Origin: a virus
Virus record (IMG/VR): IMGVR_UViG_3300005340_000004
Span: 7,878 to 71,877 of that record
Reading direction: 5' to 3' (one strand)
DNA length: 64,000 bases
Within the stretch, counting starts at the first letter, position 1. Each line of letters opens with the position of its first letter. A program made the position numbers and the translations under genes. Under the pieces are notes generated by a model. It made no database searches and was not told where the DNA came from. It saw only the letters and a program-made list of their open reading frames with translations. This document shows, one piece after another, positions 31,283 through 42,349 of the stretch.

Positions 31283-31870
31283 ATGAACATCCCCGTAAAT
31301 ATCTTCCGAGCAGTGGCCTCAGCCATGAGCAAAGACCTTACTCGATACGTCCTAAACGGGATTGAGGTGGTCCCTAAAAAAGATGGGGTAGTTCTTTGTG
31401 CTACAGATGGATACATTTTGATTTTTGCCTTGATTGAAGGTGAGCATAATTTCAAAGACCCATTCATCATTCCGGCTCATTTGGTTAAATATATCAGGTT
31501 AAATACGGCCTTGGCCATTTACGATGCAGGGACATCAGTTTGTCTCGATACAGGGAAAACTGAGTTTAAGAGCGTAAAAGTGGATGGAAACTTCCCTGCA
31601 TGGAGGTTGATGATGAAACCGAAATCAGAGTTGGTTCCATCCATGCCTACAGGACTCGGCTGGCAGGTCATGGAAACGATCATAAAGGCTCAGGTTGCGC
31701 TTGGAGTCCCTAAGGGCCATCGCGGTATCCATCAAGTGTTTGGAGAGCAAGGAAGCCCTGCTGGTGTGCGTTACATGCAGCTTGGGGATAACATCGTTAC
31801 CTGCTTTATGCCGACACGGAAGGCTGCTGAAGATGCAGGATCGTTCAACTGGCCTGAATGGGTCGGGTAA
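31283..31870 (+). CDS. DNA polymerase III beta-clamp-like protein (partial fold)
   Basis: RYVLNGI...ATDGYIL...VDGNFPAWR...FMP. Confidence 0.7.
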   Translation: MNIPVNIFRAVASAMSKDLTRYVLNGIEVVPKKDGVVLCATDGYILIFALIEGEHNFKDPFIIPAHLVKYIRLNTALAIYDAGTSVCLDTGKTEFKSVKVDGNFPAWRLMMKPKSELVPSMPTGLGWQVMETIIKAQVALGVPKGHRGIHQVFGEQGSPAGVRYMQLGDNIVTCFMPTRKAAEDAGSFNWPEWVG

Positions 31871-32902
31871 TTTTTATTGAAAACAAGAATATGACTTGGA
31901 AAGAATTAAAAAGGGCGGTTGAGGCCAAGAAGGTTAAGGATGATGATGTGATCGCTCTTGCCATCCACTCGTCCGAAAACCCAATGCAATGGCTGTCTGT
32001 AAACAAAACTCCTGATGTGGATGTTTCTAACATGCCTAAGATTAAGTGCATTTCACTTCACCCTAAGAAATAAATATGAGCGTAAAAGAACTAATTAAAT
32101 TTCTTAAAACCCAACCGCAGGATTTGCAGGTAGCCTATACTTGTTGCAGCGAACAATGTTTGCTAAATGTGCAAGACATTGAAGTGGCAGAGTTTTGCCT
32201 TCCTAGAAATGATGGATGGATTCAAAACGCTCGTCCAGATATGCCAAAACAATCCTATCTTCTTTTTCCCGGAAATTAACATGAAAACACTTTTAGAAGC
32301 ACTATCTCCGATCAAATTCCCACAGCTTATTCGCGAGGACATCCCTATTGAAAAGGAAGTCTATCGAAAAGCATTCAAAGCCATTGGGATTGTCGAAAGT
32401 TGGCACGATACATCAAACGGCGAAATCTACATATGGGACGACAAAGAATCCCGACTCTGGTTCTTTGGCCAAAAGGAAGCATTCGTTTCTTACTTCACCT
32501 TTGAATACGGGAAGCCGTTCATGTTCATCAAAGAAAGTCTGCTCGTCACTCGTAAAGGCAACTCCTTTGACTGGAATGTGCTGGCAAAACACCTGATGAT
32601 GAGCCTTCAGTATCCCATTCCGGCTTCGGGGGAACTTTTACCTGCTGATGGTCCTTATCCAGCTATCTTGGGAGAGTTGAGTAAAAAGAAACTGTTGCCA
32701 AAAGGATCGGAGAAATTTGCCCGACATCTGTGGGACCAACGAGTAATGGAAAAGCTCGGGTTTCGACAACCCACACTGTCCCGATACGATGTCCTATTAG
32801 TTTTGGTCGAGGCAACCAGCAACTATAACTTCAGCACGATTTCAAAATTGCACCCAATTCTCTGGAGCATGGTCGCAGTTCCAGGATTACTTACTCAGAC
32901 AA

Positions 32903-33322
32903 ATGAAGAAAAGTTGGATCAAAAGAAAGACGGGATTCAAGAAGTCCAATCCGACTTTATTGAAAACGATAAAGCCGGTTACAACTCAGGGCCCCTCGAC
33001 CCGCCCATCTGGCCTCCAAGCAACATTTACCACGAAAGTCCGCAAGAAGCTGCGCCCGCAATCAGCCAAGAGAAGCAAGGAGAATGAACTTTACCTTAAA
33101 AATCGAGCGCGATACCTCGTCGCCGTGCCATTTTGCGAGTGTTGCCGAGCTAGAGGCTTGGAACCGCAGCCAGCAACGCAAATCCATCACCGAGCCGGAA
33201 GAATGGGCAAGTGGCTCTTGGACGAATCCTACTGGTGCGCCATCTGCTCAGCCTGTCACGACTGGGCGCACACCAATGGAAAAGAAGCTGAATCCCTCGG
33301 CATAATCATACGAATCCGATGA
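32903..33322 (+). CDS. Small HNH-like nuclease
   Basis: CECC...QIHHRAGR...CSACHDWAH. Confidence 0.7.
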   Translation: MKKSWIKRKTGFKKSNPTLLKTIKPVTTQGPSTRPSGLQATFTTKVRKKLRPQSAKRSKENELYLKNRARYLVAVPFCECCRARGLEPQPATQIHHRAGRMGKWLLDESYWCAICSACHDWAHTNGKEAESLGIIIRIR

Positions 33323-34317
33323 AGTTATGAAAAGCATACCCACAATGGAAATTGTCCGAAATATCTACCTAGAGCACGCCGAAGATGGTCACATTATCGT
33401 CGGTCCAGATGCTGATGGATTGAATCTCCCAGAAATTCTTTGGAAGGAGCCAGACGGAAAAATTGTGGCTCAAATGACCTTCAGTCCTATCGTTGCAAAT
33501 TTGGTTGCCAAGGCACTTCTGGATGTTTCAAACGAACTCGCCGAAAAAGCATGAATGAAATTATATCAACTTTGGTTGAACTATGGCGATTTGACATCTG
33601 GGTATTCAGCCAATGGTGGGTCTATGCACCGTGTTTCATCCCTGCCACATTCTACCTGATGTTCTTCTTTCTGAAATGGATGGTGATTACTGCGCCTGCA
33701 TGGCTCCCAATCGCCGTCATTATTGCAATCTGGAGAGCCAAATGATTGACAAAACCACACTTAGAGAAATGAAAACATTTTTCGAGTCCCGTCTTTACAT
33801 GGACCGAAAACAAAACAAGGACTGGTGCGGTTCAGCCGTAGCCACAGAAGACGCCCGTCAGCTAGAAAGATTCTTGGAACTCATCAAAAAGATCGAGAAT
33901 CTTACAGAGTAGATTGATCTTTCTCGAAAAAAGATTGTTGACTTCTTCGCAAGAAATAGAGATAAACATAATCAGATATATGAAATACAAAGCAATTGTT
34001 AATTTAATCGCCTTGGTAGTGATTACTGCATGGTTATTTTCACTTGTGCATCAACAGATTCCAATTCGGAGCACTCCCGAAGAGGTTGGTTGGTGGACTG
34101 CCATTTCCTTTTGGACTTTCTTCATTGTTACTTTTTACATGGGCTGGGATTTCGGTCGCGAATTTCCAAAGAAGAAATAGCATGAAAAAGATACCAGCTA
34201 TCGAAACATTCGGGAATACATGTTCCTCGCCCCTATTCTGGATTGCCCTGAGTCAAAAGCGCCGTGAAGTGAAGAAGGGTCTTATTGCTCGTTTGTGGGC
34301 CAAGGTGAGGGGGTAAT

Positions 34318-35115
34318 ATGGGACATTTCTATAAACGCGACGGCTCTCCCATGTTTGAGGTTCCTAAGAAAAAGGGGGACGGGATGCGCTCGACCACCAT
34401 CAAAGACTGTCGGGAGCTTGGTCTTTATCCCTCAGTCACTACGATCTTTCAGGGAGTTCTTGTTAAGCCCGAACTGGACAAATGGAAGCAGAAGCAGGTT
34501 CTGTTGGCTGCGCTTACCTTGCCTAGAGTTCCGGGAGAAACCGAGGATGAATATTGCGAACGCATCATTCGGGATGCTTTTCAACAAGTGGGAGACGCCG
34601 CTGATTTGGGTTCGGCGGTCCATCAAGCTATTGAGGATCATTTCCAGGGATTCCGATTTCAACCCTCACTTCGCCCTTACGTCGATCTGGTTGAGCAATG
34701 GGCCAAGGATAATGAGGTAGAGTTCTTGAGGCATGAGGTTCGTCTGGTAAATCCGGTTATCGGATACGCTGGAACCACCGATGCGATTGCTTTGGTCAAG
34801 GGTCAGTATACGATCATCGACTTCAAAACCCGCAAGACTCGTCCTGAATACAAGATTGAGCCTTGGTCCACAGAACCCATGCAAATCGCTGCTTATGCCA
34901 ACTGTGAGATTTTGGGACTGACTGACGAGCCTTTGAAAGTCGCGCAAGGATGTAATGTTTACCTGTCTACGACCGAACCCGGCAGAATTGGTGATGCTTG
35001 GTATGACATCGAAAAGCTCGATAAGGAGTTCGATTGCTTCACCCACATCTGCAAGGTCTACCAGCATCTCAATCGGTGGACTCCACCAGTTATTGAAAAC
35101 AATAATGAAATTTGA
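34318..35115 (+). CDS. PD-(D/E)XK exonuclease (recombination)
   Basis: PSVTTI...GSAVHQAIE...YAGTTD...IIDFKT...QIAAY. Confidence 0.85.
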   Translation: MGHFYKRDGSPMFEVPKKKGDGMRSTTIKDCRELGLYPSVTTIFQGVLVKPELDKWKQKQVLLAALTLPRVPGETEDEYCERIIRDAFQQVGDAADLGSAVHQAIEDHFQGFRFQPSLRPYVDLVEQWAKDNEVEFLRHEVRLVNPVIGYAGTTDAIALVKGQYTIIDFKTRKTRPEYKIEPWSTEPMQIAAYANCEILGLTDEPLKVAQGCNVYLSTTEPGRIGDAWYDIEKLDKEFDCFTHICKVYQHLNRWTPPVIENNNEI

Positions 35116-35307
35116 TTCTCCAGAAACAGAACAGGCATGGTTAAAAGATACGGCTGAACACTACCAAGCCAAAGCCCAAGAAATCATGCAGAAAGAACAA
35201 TTTAAGCGTGCAGACTTGGATAAATACCAATCATACTCAGCACTCTCAGACGCAGCCAAAGAACTTGCGGAACTTCTCCGCGAAGAACAGAATAAACATA
35301 AATAAAT

Positions 35308-35730
35308 ATGTATCACCATAAAGAAACCACCAAGAAATCTTTCCTTGGAAAGACTCTGAACAACATCGCCAGAATTGATGAATCCACGGTTAAAATCTCT
35401 TTTGGAGACGGAGAGGAATGTATTTTGGATGTGGAAGGCGACTGCTGTTCACATTCCATCTTTTACGAAATTGATTTTCCTGAGCCTGCAAAGGGAGGGG
35501 TAATTACTGATCTAGATGAGTCTGGATACGGCGATTCAAAATCCACCTCAACCGTCGATAGTGAAGAAGTTGCTACTGAAAAAGTAAAAGCTCTTTTTCC
35601 TGATTTTTATATCGAGTGCCTGAGCATTTGGAATGTAGTTTTCTCTACATCCAAGGGAGATGTCATTGTTCGTCACATCAATTCCAGTAATGGATATTAC
35701 GACGGAATGACCGGATACAAATTCAATTAA
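35308..35730 (+). CDS. Hypothetical phage protein
   Basis: GDCCS...SSNGYY motif. Confidence 0.55.
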   Translation: MYHHKETTKKSFLGKTLNNIARIDESTVKISFGDGEECILDVEGDCCSHSIFYEIDFPEPAKGGVITDLDESGYGDSKSTSTVDSEEVATEKVKALFPDFYIECLSIWNVVFSTSKGDVIVRHINSSNGYYDGMTGYKFN

Positions 35731-35748
35731 CTTAAACCATAAAACAAT

Positions 35749-36465
35749 ATGAGCAGATCAGCACCTAGCGACCGCATCCAAAACCCGGCAACCAAATTTT
35801 TCTCCTGGGACGCAGGAGAAGGAATTGTGCAGTTCTACGATAAAGAAAAGAAAGAGAACGTCAAAGTTGAGGGTGAATTTGCCTTCATCCTTCTCGACGA
35901 ACTCGCCACAATCAAAGGCTGGCATGAAGCCTCCTCAACGGGCATTTACTCGAACGAAGTCAAAGACACCCGCCAGGAAGTCCTGATCGTTCGTAACTTC
36001 AACAAGGAAACTCTGGCCGAAGGGGTCTACAAGACCATCAAGGATCGTGTGGTGGCCGCAGGAGGTAAATACTGCGCTTCTCTCTACATCGCCTACAAGG
36101 ACGGTAAAGAGTTGAAGATTGCCAATCTCTCCCTAAAAGGGGCAGGATTTGGGCCTTGGCTTGAGTTCGCCAAGAACAACCGCGCCGACATCTACAAGAA
36201 GGCTGTCTTTATTTCGGGAACGACCGAAGGGAAAAAGGGTCGCGTCACCTTCCAAATGCCTGTCTTCTCCCTCAAAGAGATTGCGGAGGAAACCAATGAC
36301 CAAGCTACCGAACTGGATCAGCAGCTTCAGACTTACTTGAAGAGCTATCTGGCTCAGCCTAAGGCCCGACAGGTTGATGAGTTCAATCAGTCGCATGATT
36401 ATGGAGATGAAGAAGCGCCTCAGCGTGAGCCTGAAGACGAAGACCCAGATTCGATTCCCTTTTAA
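35749..36465 (+). CDS. Putative single-stranded DNA-binding/annealing protein
   Basis: Acidic tail ending DEDPDSIPF; downstream of the exonuclease. Confidence 0.65.
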   Translation: MSRSAPSDRIQNPATKFFSWDAGEGIVQFYDKEKKENVKVEGEFAFILLDELATIKGWHEASSTGIYSNEVKDTRQEVLIVRNFNKETLAEGVYKTIKDRVVAAGGKYCASLYIAYKDGKELKIANLSLKGAGFGPWLEFAKNNRADIYKKAVFISGTTEGKKGRVTFQMPVFSLKEIAEETNDQATELDQQLQTYLKSYLAQPKARQVDEFNQSHDYGDEEAPQREPEDEDPDSIPF

Positions 36466-37051
36466 TCCTAATAACTAAACTAAAACACCCGATGCTGTGC
36501 CGGGAAATGCACAGCAAAATCTATATATGAAAATTGATACATCAACCACAGCATGGAAAATAGCTGACGATATCGTTAGCTACATCGCGCAAACGCCATC
36601 GTCCGAGCTTTCGGACGCCAATATTGCAGGACTTACCCCGGCAATTAAGCGGATTGTTCTTTCTGGAATTTCCTCAATGCCGGACGCATATGAAGAATTA
36701 CAGGCAGCGCGAGAAGCCGGAAAGACGATTCAATTCAAGCCAGACCATTTCATGCCATGGGAAGACATCTTGCCACATCAAAGCCTTTCGGCTCGCGATC
36801 CATCGGCATACCGCATCAAGCCCCAATTTCAGCTTCCAGAAAAACGGCCTTACTCAAAAGAATCGTGGAATTTTGAATGGGTAAAACCTGTAAATGGCAA
36901 TCGCGATGTTCGCGTTCTGGCAATTGATGAAACCCAAATTTACTCCCATTTTGGCGCGAACACTTTTGAAGAATTGATGCGTGGATATGTAGGCTCTAAC
37001 GACCGAGTCACATGGACCGAGCTGTATCGCTAACTTATTGAAAACAAGAAT

Positions 37052-38080
37052 ATGAAAAACACAGACCAAGAAATCCGCTTCCTCGCAACCGAGGCCCAGA
37101 AGATTCAGGGCGACATCACCATTAACTCCATCATTAGCCATTGTAAGGTTGGGTATAACAAAGCGAAGTTAGTATTCGACTACCTGCAAGAAAAGGGTGT
37201 TGAGGTGGTGATTGAGCCGGAGGTTATTGACGAATCAGTGACTGCTCCTATTGCTGAGGCTATTCCCGTGGCGGAAACTGTTGTGGTAGTTGATGAAGTG
37301 GTTGCCGAAAAAGATCACTCGCAAGAATTGGCGATTATCGAGGCCGGAAGTCAGCCATTGAACCTTGGCGCAGCTCTTGGGCAGCTCCTGCAAAAGTTCT
37401 CCATGGGAGAAAAACTTACGCAGTGTGTCCCAATTGAAGGGACGACCGACCTTGATATTGGTCGAGGCATTCAAGTTCTGACCGGAGTCAAGAACTGGAC
37501 CGAGCTTGGGTTGGGCGATCTTATCAACGAGCTTGAATCTCGGGGCCATGAAAATGTTATCCCCGCCATCATCTCAAACCTTGGTCTGGAGGAATCCTAC
37601 TCAACCCTTTCGGCTTACGCCCGCACCGCTAAGGTTGTTTCAAATGAACTCCGCGAACTTCCTGGACTTCGCTACTCTCATTTGAATGAGGTGGCCTGCT
37701 CCAAGTTCTCCGATGATCCAGAGAAGCAATCTCAGGCGGTAAAGGAAGTGCTCATTGCTGCGTCAGAAAAGGGCTTAAACGTGGCCCAGACACGGGAAGC
37801 AGTATTGAATCGAAAAGGAAAGTCAACGAAGCCTACGCCTAAATCTACTCCATCAACCACACCTAAGCACGGTCGATACATCGTTGTGTCCAAGGTAGAG
37901 TGTGAGCATTCCTACAGCACGGATAATCTTCCTGACCCGGATGATAACCACATCGTAATCGACACGCTGGATTCTGTCATCTCCTGCCATGCTTGCTCGG
38001 GACTGCCAACGTGGATTCCCCTCCCTTTGGAAAAGCTGGCAGCTACGGTTGCTGAAGTTGAAGTGGAGGTTGTGCGATGA
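37052..38080 (+). CDS. Putative DNA-binding protein: FtsK-gamma-like N-terminus plus LmbU-like HTH region
   Basis: INSIISHCKVGYNKAKLVFDYLQEKGV; LGDLI...YSTLSAYARTA...LRYSHLNEVA. Confidence 0.5.
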   Translation: MKNTDQEIRFLATEAQKIQGDITINSIISHCKVGYNKAKLVFDYLQEKGVEVVIEPEVIDESVTAPIAEAIPVAETVVVVDEVVAEKDHSQELAIIEAGSQPLNLGAALGQLLQKFSMGEKLTQCVPIEGTTDLDIGRGIQVLTGVKNWTELGLGDLINELESRGHENVIPAIISNLGLEESYSTLSAYARTAKVVSNELRELPGLRYSHLNEVACSKFSDDPEKQSQAVKEVLIAASEKGLNVAQTREAVLNRKGKSTKPTPKSTPSTTPKHGRYIVVSKVECEHSYSTDNLPDPDDNHIVIDTLDSVISCHACSGLPTWIPLPLEKLAATVAEVEVEVVR

Positions 38081-38378
38081 ACAGGGAAATCGAAGGGGTA
38101 ACAGTTGGAATGTTTGTCGGAATCATTCTTTTCGCTATATTCTGGGGAATATGCATCCGTCCAATTCATAACGACATATGGGAACGTAACGCTGTTAAAA
38201 ACGGGAAGGCGGAATACGTTCTTAACCCCAACAATGGGACAACTACATGGAGATGGAAGCCGTAGTCCTAAAACAAATTAGTTGATTTTATTTTGCGCCT
38301 ACACTAAAGGGTTCCTTAGCAGGGGAACAAATCTGCTTAAAGAATCCGATAGTGTAGCGCGCAAAATTATCTGACGAG

Positions 38379-38413
38379 AAAAGACCGGGAGATTAAGTTT
38401 TCCCGGTCTTTTT
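38379..38413. terminator. Bidirectional terminator
   Basis: AAAAGACCGGGA-N10-TCCCGGTCTTTT between convergent operons. Confidence 0.8.
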
Positions 38414-38978
38414 ATGCCCACGACCAACTCGCATCCACAAGGAATGGAGGGGCGAGGTTGAATAGCTTTTGTGCCCCCGGAGCCAAGTCTATCACAGCTC
38501 CGTTCTCTGTGTTTTTGATCCACGGCATACGATCCCCGACAATACATTCTTTTGTCTGTCCATTGATCGTTACCAAAACTTTCTTCCCAGATGCAGCCTG
38601 AGCACTACCGAATTTCTGAATCATGTAATCGGGCTGCACAGCTACATAGGGAATGTTGATATTGGTTGTATCTATTCCTGTGTAACCAATTCCGTTGTCA
38701 CCAAAACCAAAGCAGTAATTATCGCTGAATCCCTTTGCCTTACAATGATTGAAGGCTCTTACATCTGCCGGATCGGCAAAGCTGCTCGCCTTACCCTGAA
38801 TCGCCCCAGAGCCGCCATTCTCTGAGCTGTTCTGGGGATTCGATTTTGGGGGCCATTGCTCGTTATTCCCCGCCGAAGCAAGTTGATCGTAAGCCTTGCG
38901 GGTATCTGACCCAAAGATTCCGTCGACAGTTACACCTAACAATCTTTGGACGGCCTGTCTGATTTCTTTGGCTGTCAT
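38412..38978 (-). CDS. Endolysin: peptidoglycan-binding N-terminus plus DPBB/RlpA-like domain
   Basis: VQRLLGVTVDGIFGSDT; GKASSF...VGDRMP...VIDLAPGA. Confidence 0.75.
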   Translation of the reverse strand: MTAKEIRQAVQRLLGVTVDGIFGSDTRKAYDQLASAGNNEQWPPKSNPQNSSENGGSGAIQGKASSFADPADVRAFNHCKAKGFSDNYCFGFGDNGIGYTGIDTTNINIPYVAVQPDYMIQKFGSAQAASGKKVLVTINGQTKECIVGDRMPWIKNTENGAVIDLAPGAQKLFNLAPPFLVDASWSWA

Positions 38979-39058
38979 TTATCGAAAACAATAACGTCGC
39001 GTTCGCGTGAGAAGATATTCAAAATGAAATTCGAAGCCTGCTGGTGATCTAAATAAAT

Positions 39059-39733
39059 ATGGTTGATAAAATCCTTTTACGGTTTTTAATGTATTCCATG
39101 GAAATCATTGGAGATAAATATAACAGATGGACCGTAATTGCAAAAGCAGAGAATAGAATTTTACACAATAAAAACAGAGCTTATTGGGTTTGTAAGTGTG
39201 AATGCGGAATCATTATGGAGGTTGAACAATCTGCGATTAGAGGGGGGATGAGCAAGTCTTGCGGATGCCTGAAAAGAGATAGAACGCGCCAAAGAAATTT
39301 TAAGCACGGAATGGCCCATACATCAAAGTCATATTCTATATGGGCAGGCATGATTCAAAGATGCCTTAATCCAAAATGCTCTCAATACAAGGATTATGGA
39401 GGCAGAGGAATTTCGGTTTGTGAAAGATGGACGGACTTTGAAAATTTTCATAAAGACATGGGAGAAAAGCCAACAGATAAAAGTTTAGATAGAATCGACA
39501 ATAATGGCAATTACGATCCAGAAAACTGTCGATGGGCAAACAGATTTGAGCAAAGCCAAAACGCAAGGTCTAATATAATTCTTCATCTCAATGGAGTTAA
39601 AAAATGCGCCGCTGAGTGGGGTAGAATTCTTGGAATTCCAGAAAATACTATTTACGCAAGGCATCGAAAAGGGCTTCTTGATTGTGAATGCCTACAGGTT
39701 GGAAGGCGTCCTCGAACGAGGCGTTCCATTTAA
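39059..39733 (+). mobile_element. Free-standing HNH homing endonuclease inserted antisense in the lysis operon
   Basis: WVCKCECG...SKSCGC...YGGRGISVCERW...SLDRIDNNGNYDPENCRWA; flanked by TAAATA direct repeats. Confidence 0.85.
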
Positions 39734-39860
39734 ATAGTTTCTTTACAGAATAAAGAGCATCCTCATGCGAAACTTTCACTCCGATCACTGTTTCTGTTTG
39801 GGTTGAGACAAGAAACGGACTGCATCCAGTCACCATTAAACAAAGCGCAATAATTCTCAT
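39648..39860 (-). CDS. Putative lipoprotein (spanin-like), probably interrupted by the HNH gene
   Basis: MRIIALCLMVTG-C lipobox-like; lies between the holin-like gene and the endolysin. Confidence 0.45.
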   Translation of the reverse strand: MRIIALCLMVTGCSPFLVSTQTETVIGVKVSHEDALYSVKKLFKWNASFEDAFQPVGIHNQEALFDALRK

Positions 39861-40117
39861 TTCTGAGGCTTGGTTGGAATGGGATCGGACTTCTCATTGA
39901 TAATCTTTGTCTCGTTCGGTTGAGAAGATGTGGCGGTGGTCTTAACTAGCATCGCCGATATGGCCCCAACGAGGCCGCCAGCAAGAGTGTTTAACTCAGG
40001 AGGGATAGGGATGGCGAAATAGGATAACAGACAGATGGTGGCTACTGCCATGATCGCTAGAATGGCAATCGTGGAAGTTACAACGAAAATCACTTTATGG
40101 TTTGAATCTGGCATCAT
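39857..40117 (-). CDS. Holin-like membrane protein
   Basis: 86 aa, two hydrophobic helices, upstream of the endolysin. Confidence 0.55.
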   Translation of the reverse strand: MMPDSNHKVIFVVTSTIAILAIMAVATICLLSYFAIPIPPELNTLAGGLVGAISAMLVKTTATSSQPNETKIINEKSDPIPTKPQK

Positions 40118-40491
40118 TCTTCTTTCGCATCGCCTCTTCGGCGCATGGCAGTTGAAGTTTGGATGCCGCCAATAGCTATCAAGATTTGCGTCATCTGTTT
40201 ACTGTATTCATCAAATTTTGCGTTCAAAGGTAGAAGGTGATTATTCATTTCCTGCCTCAAGTCATGCCGCGTCATTTGAATCTCAGATTGCATCTTGGCC
40301 TCGATTTTTAGGGAGGCTATGTCGATCATGCTTTGAACAGATTCCTTGCTAGGGGCAGTTTCGATCTTGTCCGATAGCCTTTTTAGGAGGGCAGAGATAA
40401 TTCTGATTGATACAGCCCCGATGATACCTGCTGCGGTTACACCCACTGCAAGACTGACTAGTGCTGTTTGAAGGTCCACGTAAATGTCCAC
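40114..40491 (-). CDS. Membrane-anchored coiled-coil protein (lysis-associated?)
   Basis: N-terminal hydrophobic helix followed by heptad-rich region. Confidence 0.45.
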   Translation of the reverse strand: MDIYVDLQTALVSLAVGVTAAGIIGAVSIRIISALLKRLSDKIETAPSKESVQSMIDIASLKIEAKMQSEIQMTRHDLRQEMNNHLLPLNAKFDEYSKQMTQILIAIGGIQTSTAMRRRGDAKEE

Positions 40492-40549
40492 CTTTCTACT
40501 TCGCTCCGCATTGGGAACATGGGGGTGTTCTTTGTTTTAAAAATTATCA

Positions 40550-41038
40550 TCATTGTCCCTTCTGACTGATGTTTGGATAATACTGAATATCAGAAGGAAA
40601 CTTTTGTTTGAATGACTTTTCAAAGATGAGGGAAATTATCCTCCACTGGTTAGCGTCTTGGAGATTTCTTACTTGGTCGCTGGCTCGAAATTGAGTTTCC
40701 ACTTCGGTCAGTGCCGCTTCAAACTTTTGATCCCGGACTTCTGCCGAAGCTATCCTATCTGTATTCGCACCAATGGAGCTATGGATTAAATCTCGATCTT
40801 TCTCAGAGGATGCAGCTTTTTCAGAAATTGGATTAACTACCATGCTGACATATGCAGCTCCGGCCCCTAAAACCGCCATCAAACACGCGACAATTACACC
40901 GAAATTACCCAGAGTAAATTTCCCACCAGAAGCAATCTGGTCGAGTTTGGCATCCATTTTCTCCACTACGGAAGTAACGTGGAACATTTGTCCCTCGACT
41001 CGACTAACCCTTGCTTCTAACGAGTCGTCTGTGCTCAT
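40550..41038 (-). CDS. Coiled-coil protein with one transmembrane segment
   Basis: LEARVSRVEG... then FGVIVACLMAVLGAGAAYV. Confidence 0.45.
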   Translation of the reverse strand: MSTDDSLEARVSRVEGQMFHVTSVVEKMDAKLDQIASGGKFTLGNFGVIVACLMAVLGAGAAYVSMVVNPISEKAASSEKDRDLIHSSIGANTDRIASAEVRDQKFEAALTEVETQFRASDQVRNLQDANQWRIISLIFEKSFKQKFPSDIQYYPNISQKGQ

Positions 41039-42349
41039 TTATACCCCAAGCTTGATGATCTTCATTACAAAGGAATAAGACTGTCCAATTGCCAAAAGGG
41101 GAGCCTGAAGCATTACTTCAACTGTGGTTGAAGATGCTACATAGGCATTGGTGGCAATAGTATAGCCATCAGTCAACGATGAGCTTGGAACAAGAATGAT
41201 GGGAGTTCCGGTGGTTAATCCTAGCCCCGAAGAAACGGTTACCGTGACTTTTCTCCATCCCGCAGAAATAGCGATTACTGCTGTTTGGGATACAGTGAGA
41301 GTTCCGACTAGCGTATTAACACCTGCTGTTTGTAACGGATGGACATGATCTGCTCGGGCGGCAGTTGTTCCAACGCCAACAGAAACTGTTCCTAGTGCAG
41401 CAGGATTTGTCGTTGCGAGAGGTGTGTTTGTTGCACCTGTAGCGATACCAGAGAGCTTTGTAAAATCCGCAGAAGACATTGAACCTGCTGACGAACCCGA
41501 AGCGGAAGAAATGCCAATTGTTGCACTAGTAGAGGTTCCGCCATTAGTGATGGGAGCGGTAACTGCAATTACTCCAGACGGTCCTTGGGCACCAGTTGCC
41601 CCGGTCGAACCTGCCGCTCCAGTATTCCCTGTATCCCCTTTTACTCCTTGGATGCCCTGGGAGCCTTGCGGGCCGATTGACCCGGTATCGCCTTTATCTC
41701 CCTTGGGGCCAGTCGCACCTACCGAACCTTGGGGGCCAGTGGGACCAGCATCTCCCGCAGGGCCTTGAATCCCCTGAGGACCTACAGGGCCAGTATTTCC
41801 AATTGGTCCGGTTGCCCCAGTCGGTCCAGCGATTCCGGTTGAGCCTTGAGCGCCTGTATCACCTTTGGGGCCTTGAGAACCAATATCTCCCTTAGGACCA
41901 ACTGCTCCATCATCACCTTTGATGCCTTGGACTCCTTGATCGCCTTTTGGTCCGACCGGACCAGCGATTCCCTGAATGCCCTGAGGCCCCTGTGAGCCGG
42001 TTTCTCCGACATTACCCTGTGGTCCAGATGCGCCAACAACTCCTTGGATGCCTTGTGGGCCAACTGGACCTTGCTGGCCAATCAAAGACTCAAGCCACTC
42101 TTGGGGAGTTCCTGAAAAACCTTGCTCTACAGCTACTTCATACGCACTCTTCCCGTCCGGTCCCATCGGCCCGGCTTCTGGCATCATCGTATCAATAGTG
42201 ACGTTGGTATCTACCCATGCCTCATTTCTCTTTTGGTAGATTTTACCTGTAGAGTTGTCGATTCCCAAGTCCCCATCAATTCCTTGATCGTTGGGCGGAA
42301 CTCCTGTGAACCCCATCAGGTTAAATAGACTGATAACGTCGAAGGCCAT
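41039..42349 (-). CDS. Collagen-like fibre protein
   Basis: Long uninterrupted Gly-X-Y run; GKSAYEVAV...F.GT..EWLESL and AARADHVHP fibre motifs. Confidence 0.85.
   Translation of the reverse strand: MAFDVISLFNLMGFTGVPPNDQGIDGDLGIDNSTGKIYQKRNEAWVDTNVTIDTMMPEAGPMGPDGKSAYEVAVEQGFSGTPQEWLESLIGQQGPVGPQGIQGVVGASGPQGNVGETGSQGPQGIQGIAGPVGPKGDQGVQGIKGDDGAVGPKGDIGSQGPKGDTGAQGSTGIAGPTGATGPIGNTGPVGPQGIQGPAGDAGPTGPQGSVGATGPKGDKGDTGSIGPQGSQGIQGVKGDTGNTGAAGSTGATGAQGPSGVIAVTAPITNGGTSTSATIGISSASGSSAGSMSSADFTKLSGIATGATNTPLATTNPAALGTVSVGVGTTAARADHVHPLQTAGVNTLVGTLTVSQTAVIAISAGWRKVTVTVSSGLGLTTGTPIILVPSSSLTDGYTIATNAYVASSTTVEVMLQAPLLAIGQSYSFVMKIIKLGV

Noticed and set aside
39059-39733. Group I intron around the HNH gene
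   Set aside because: The HNH is antisense to the host gene and there is no flanking room for a ribozyme core.
41580-42080. CRISPR or tandem DNA repeat
   Set aside because: The periodicity is collagen Gly-X-Y coding. No repeat-spacer array was seen anywhere in the window.
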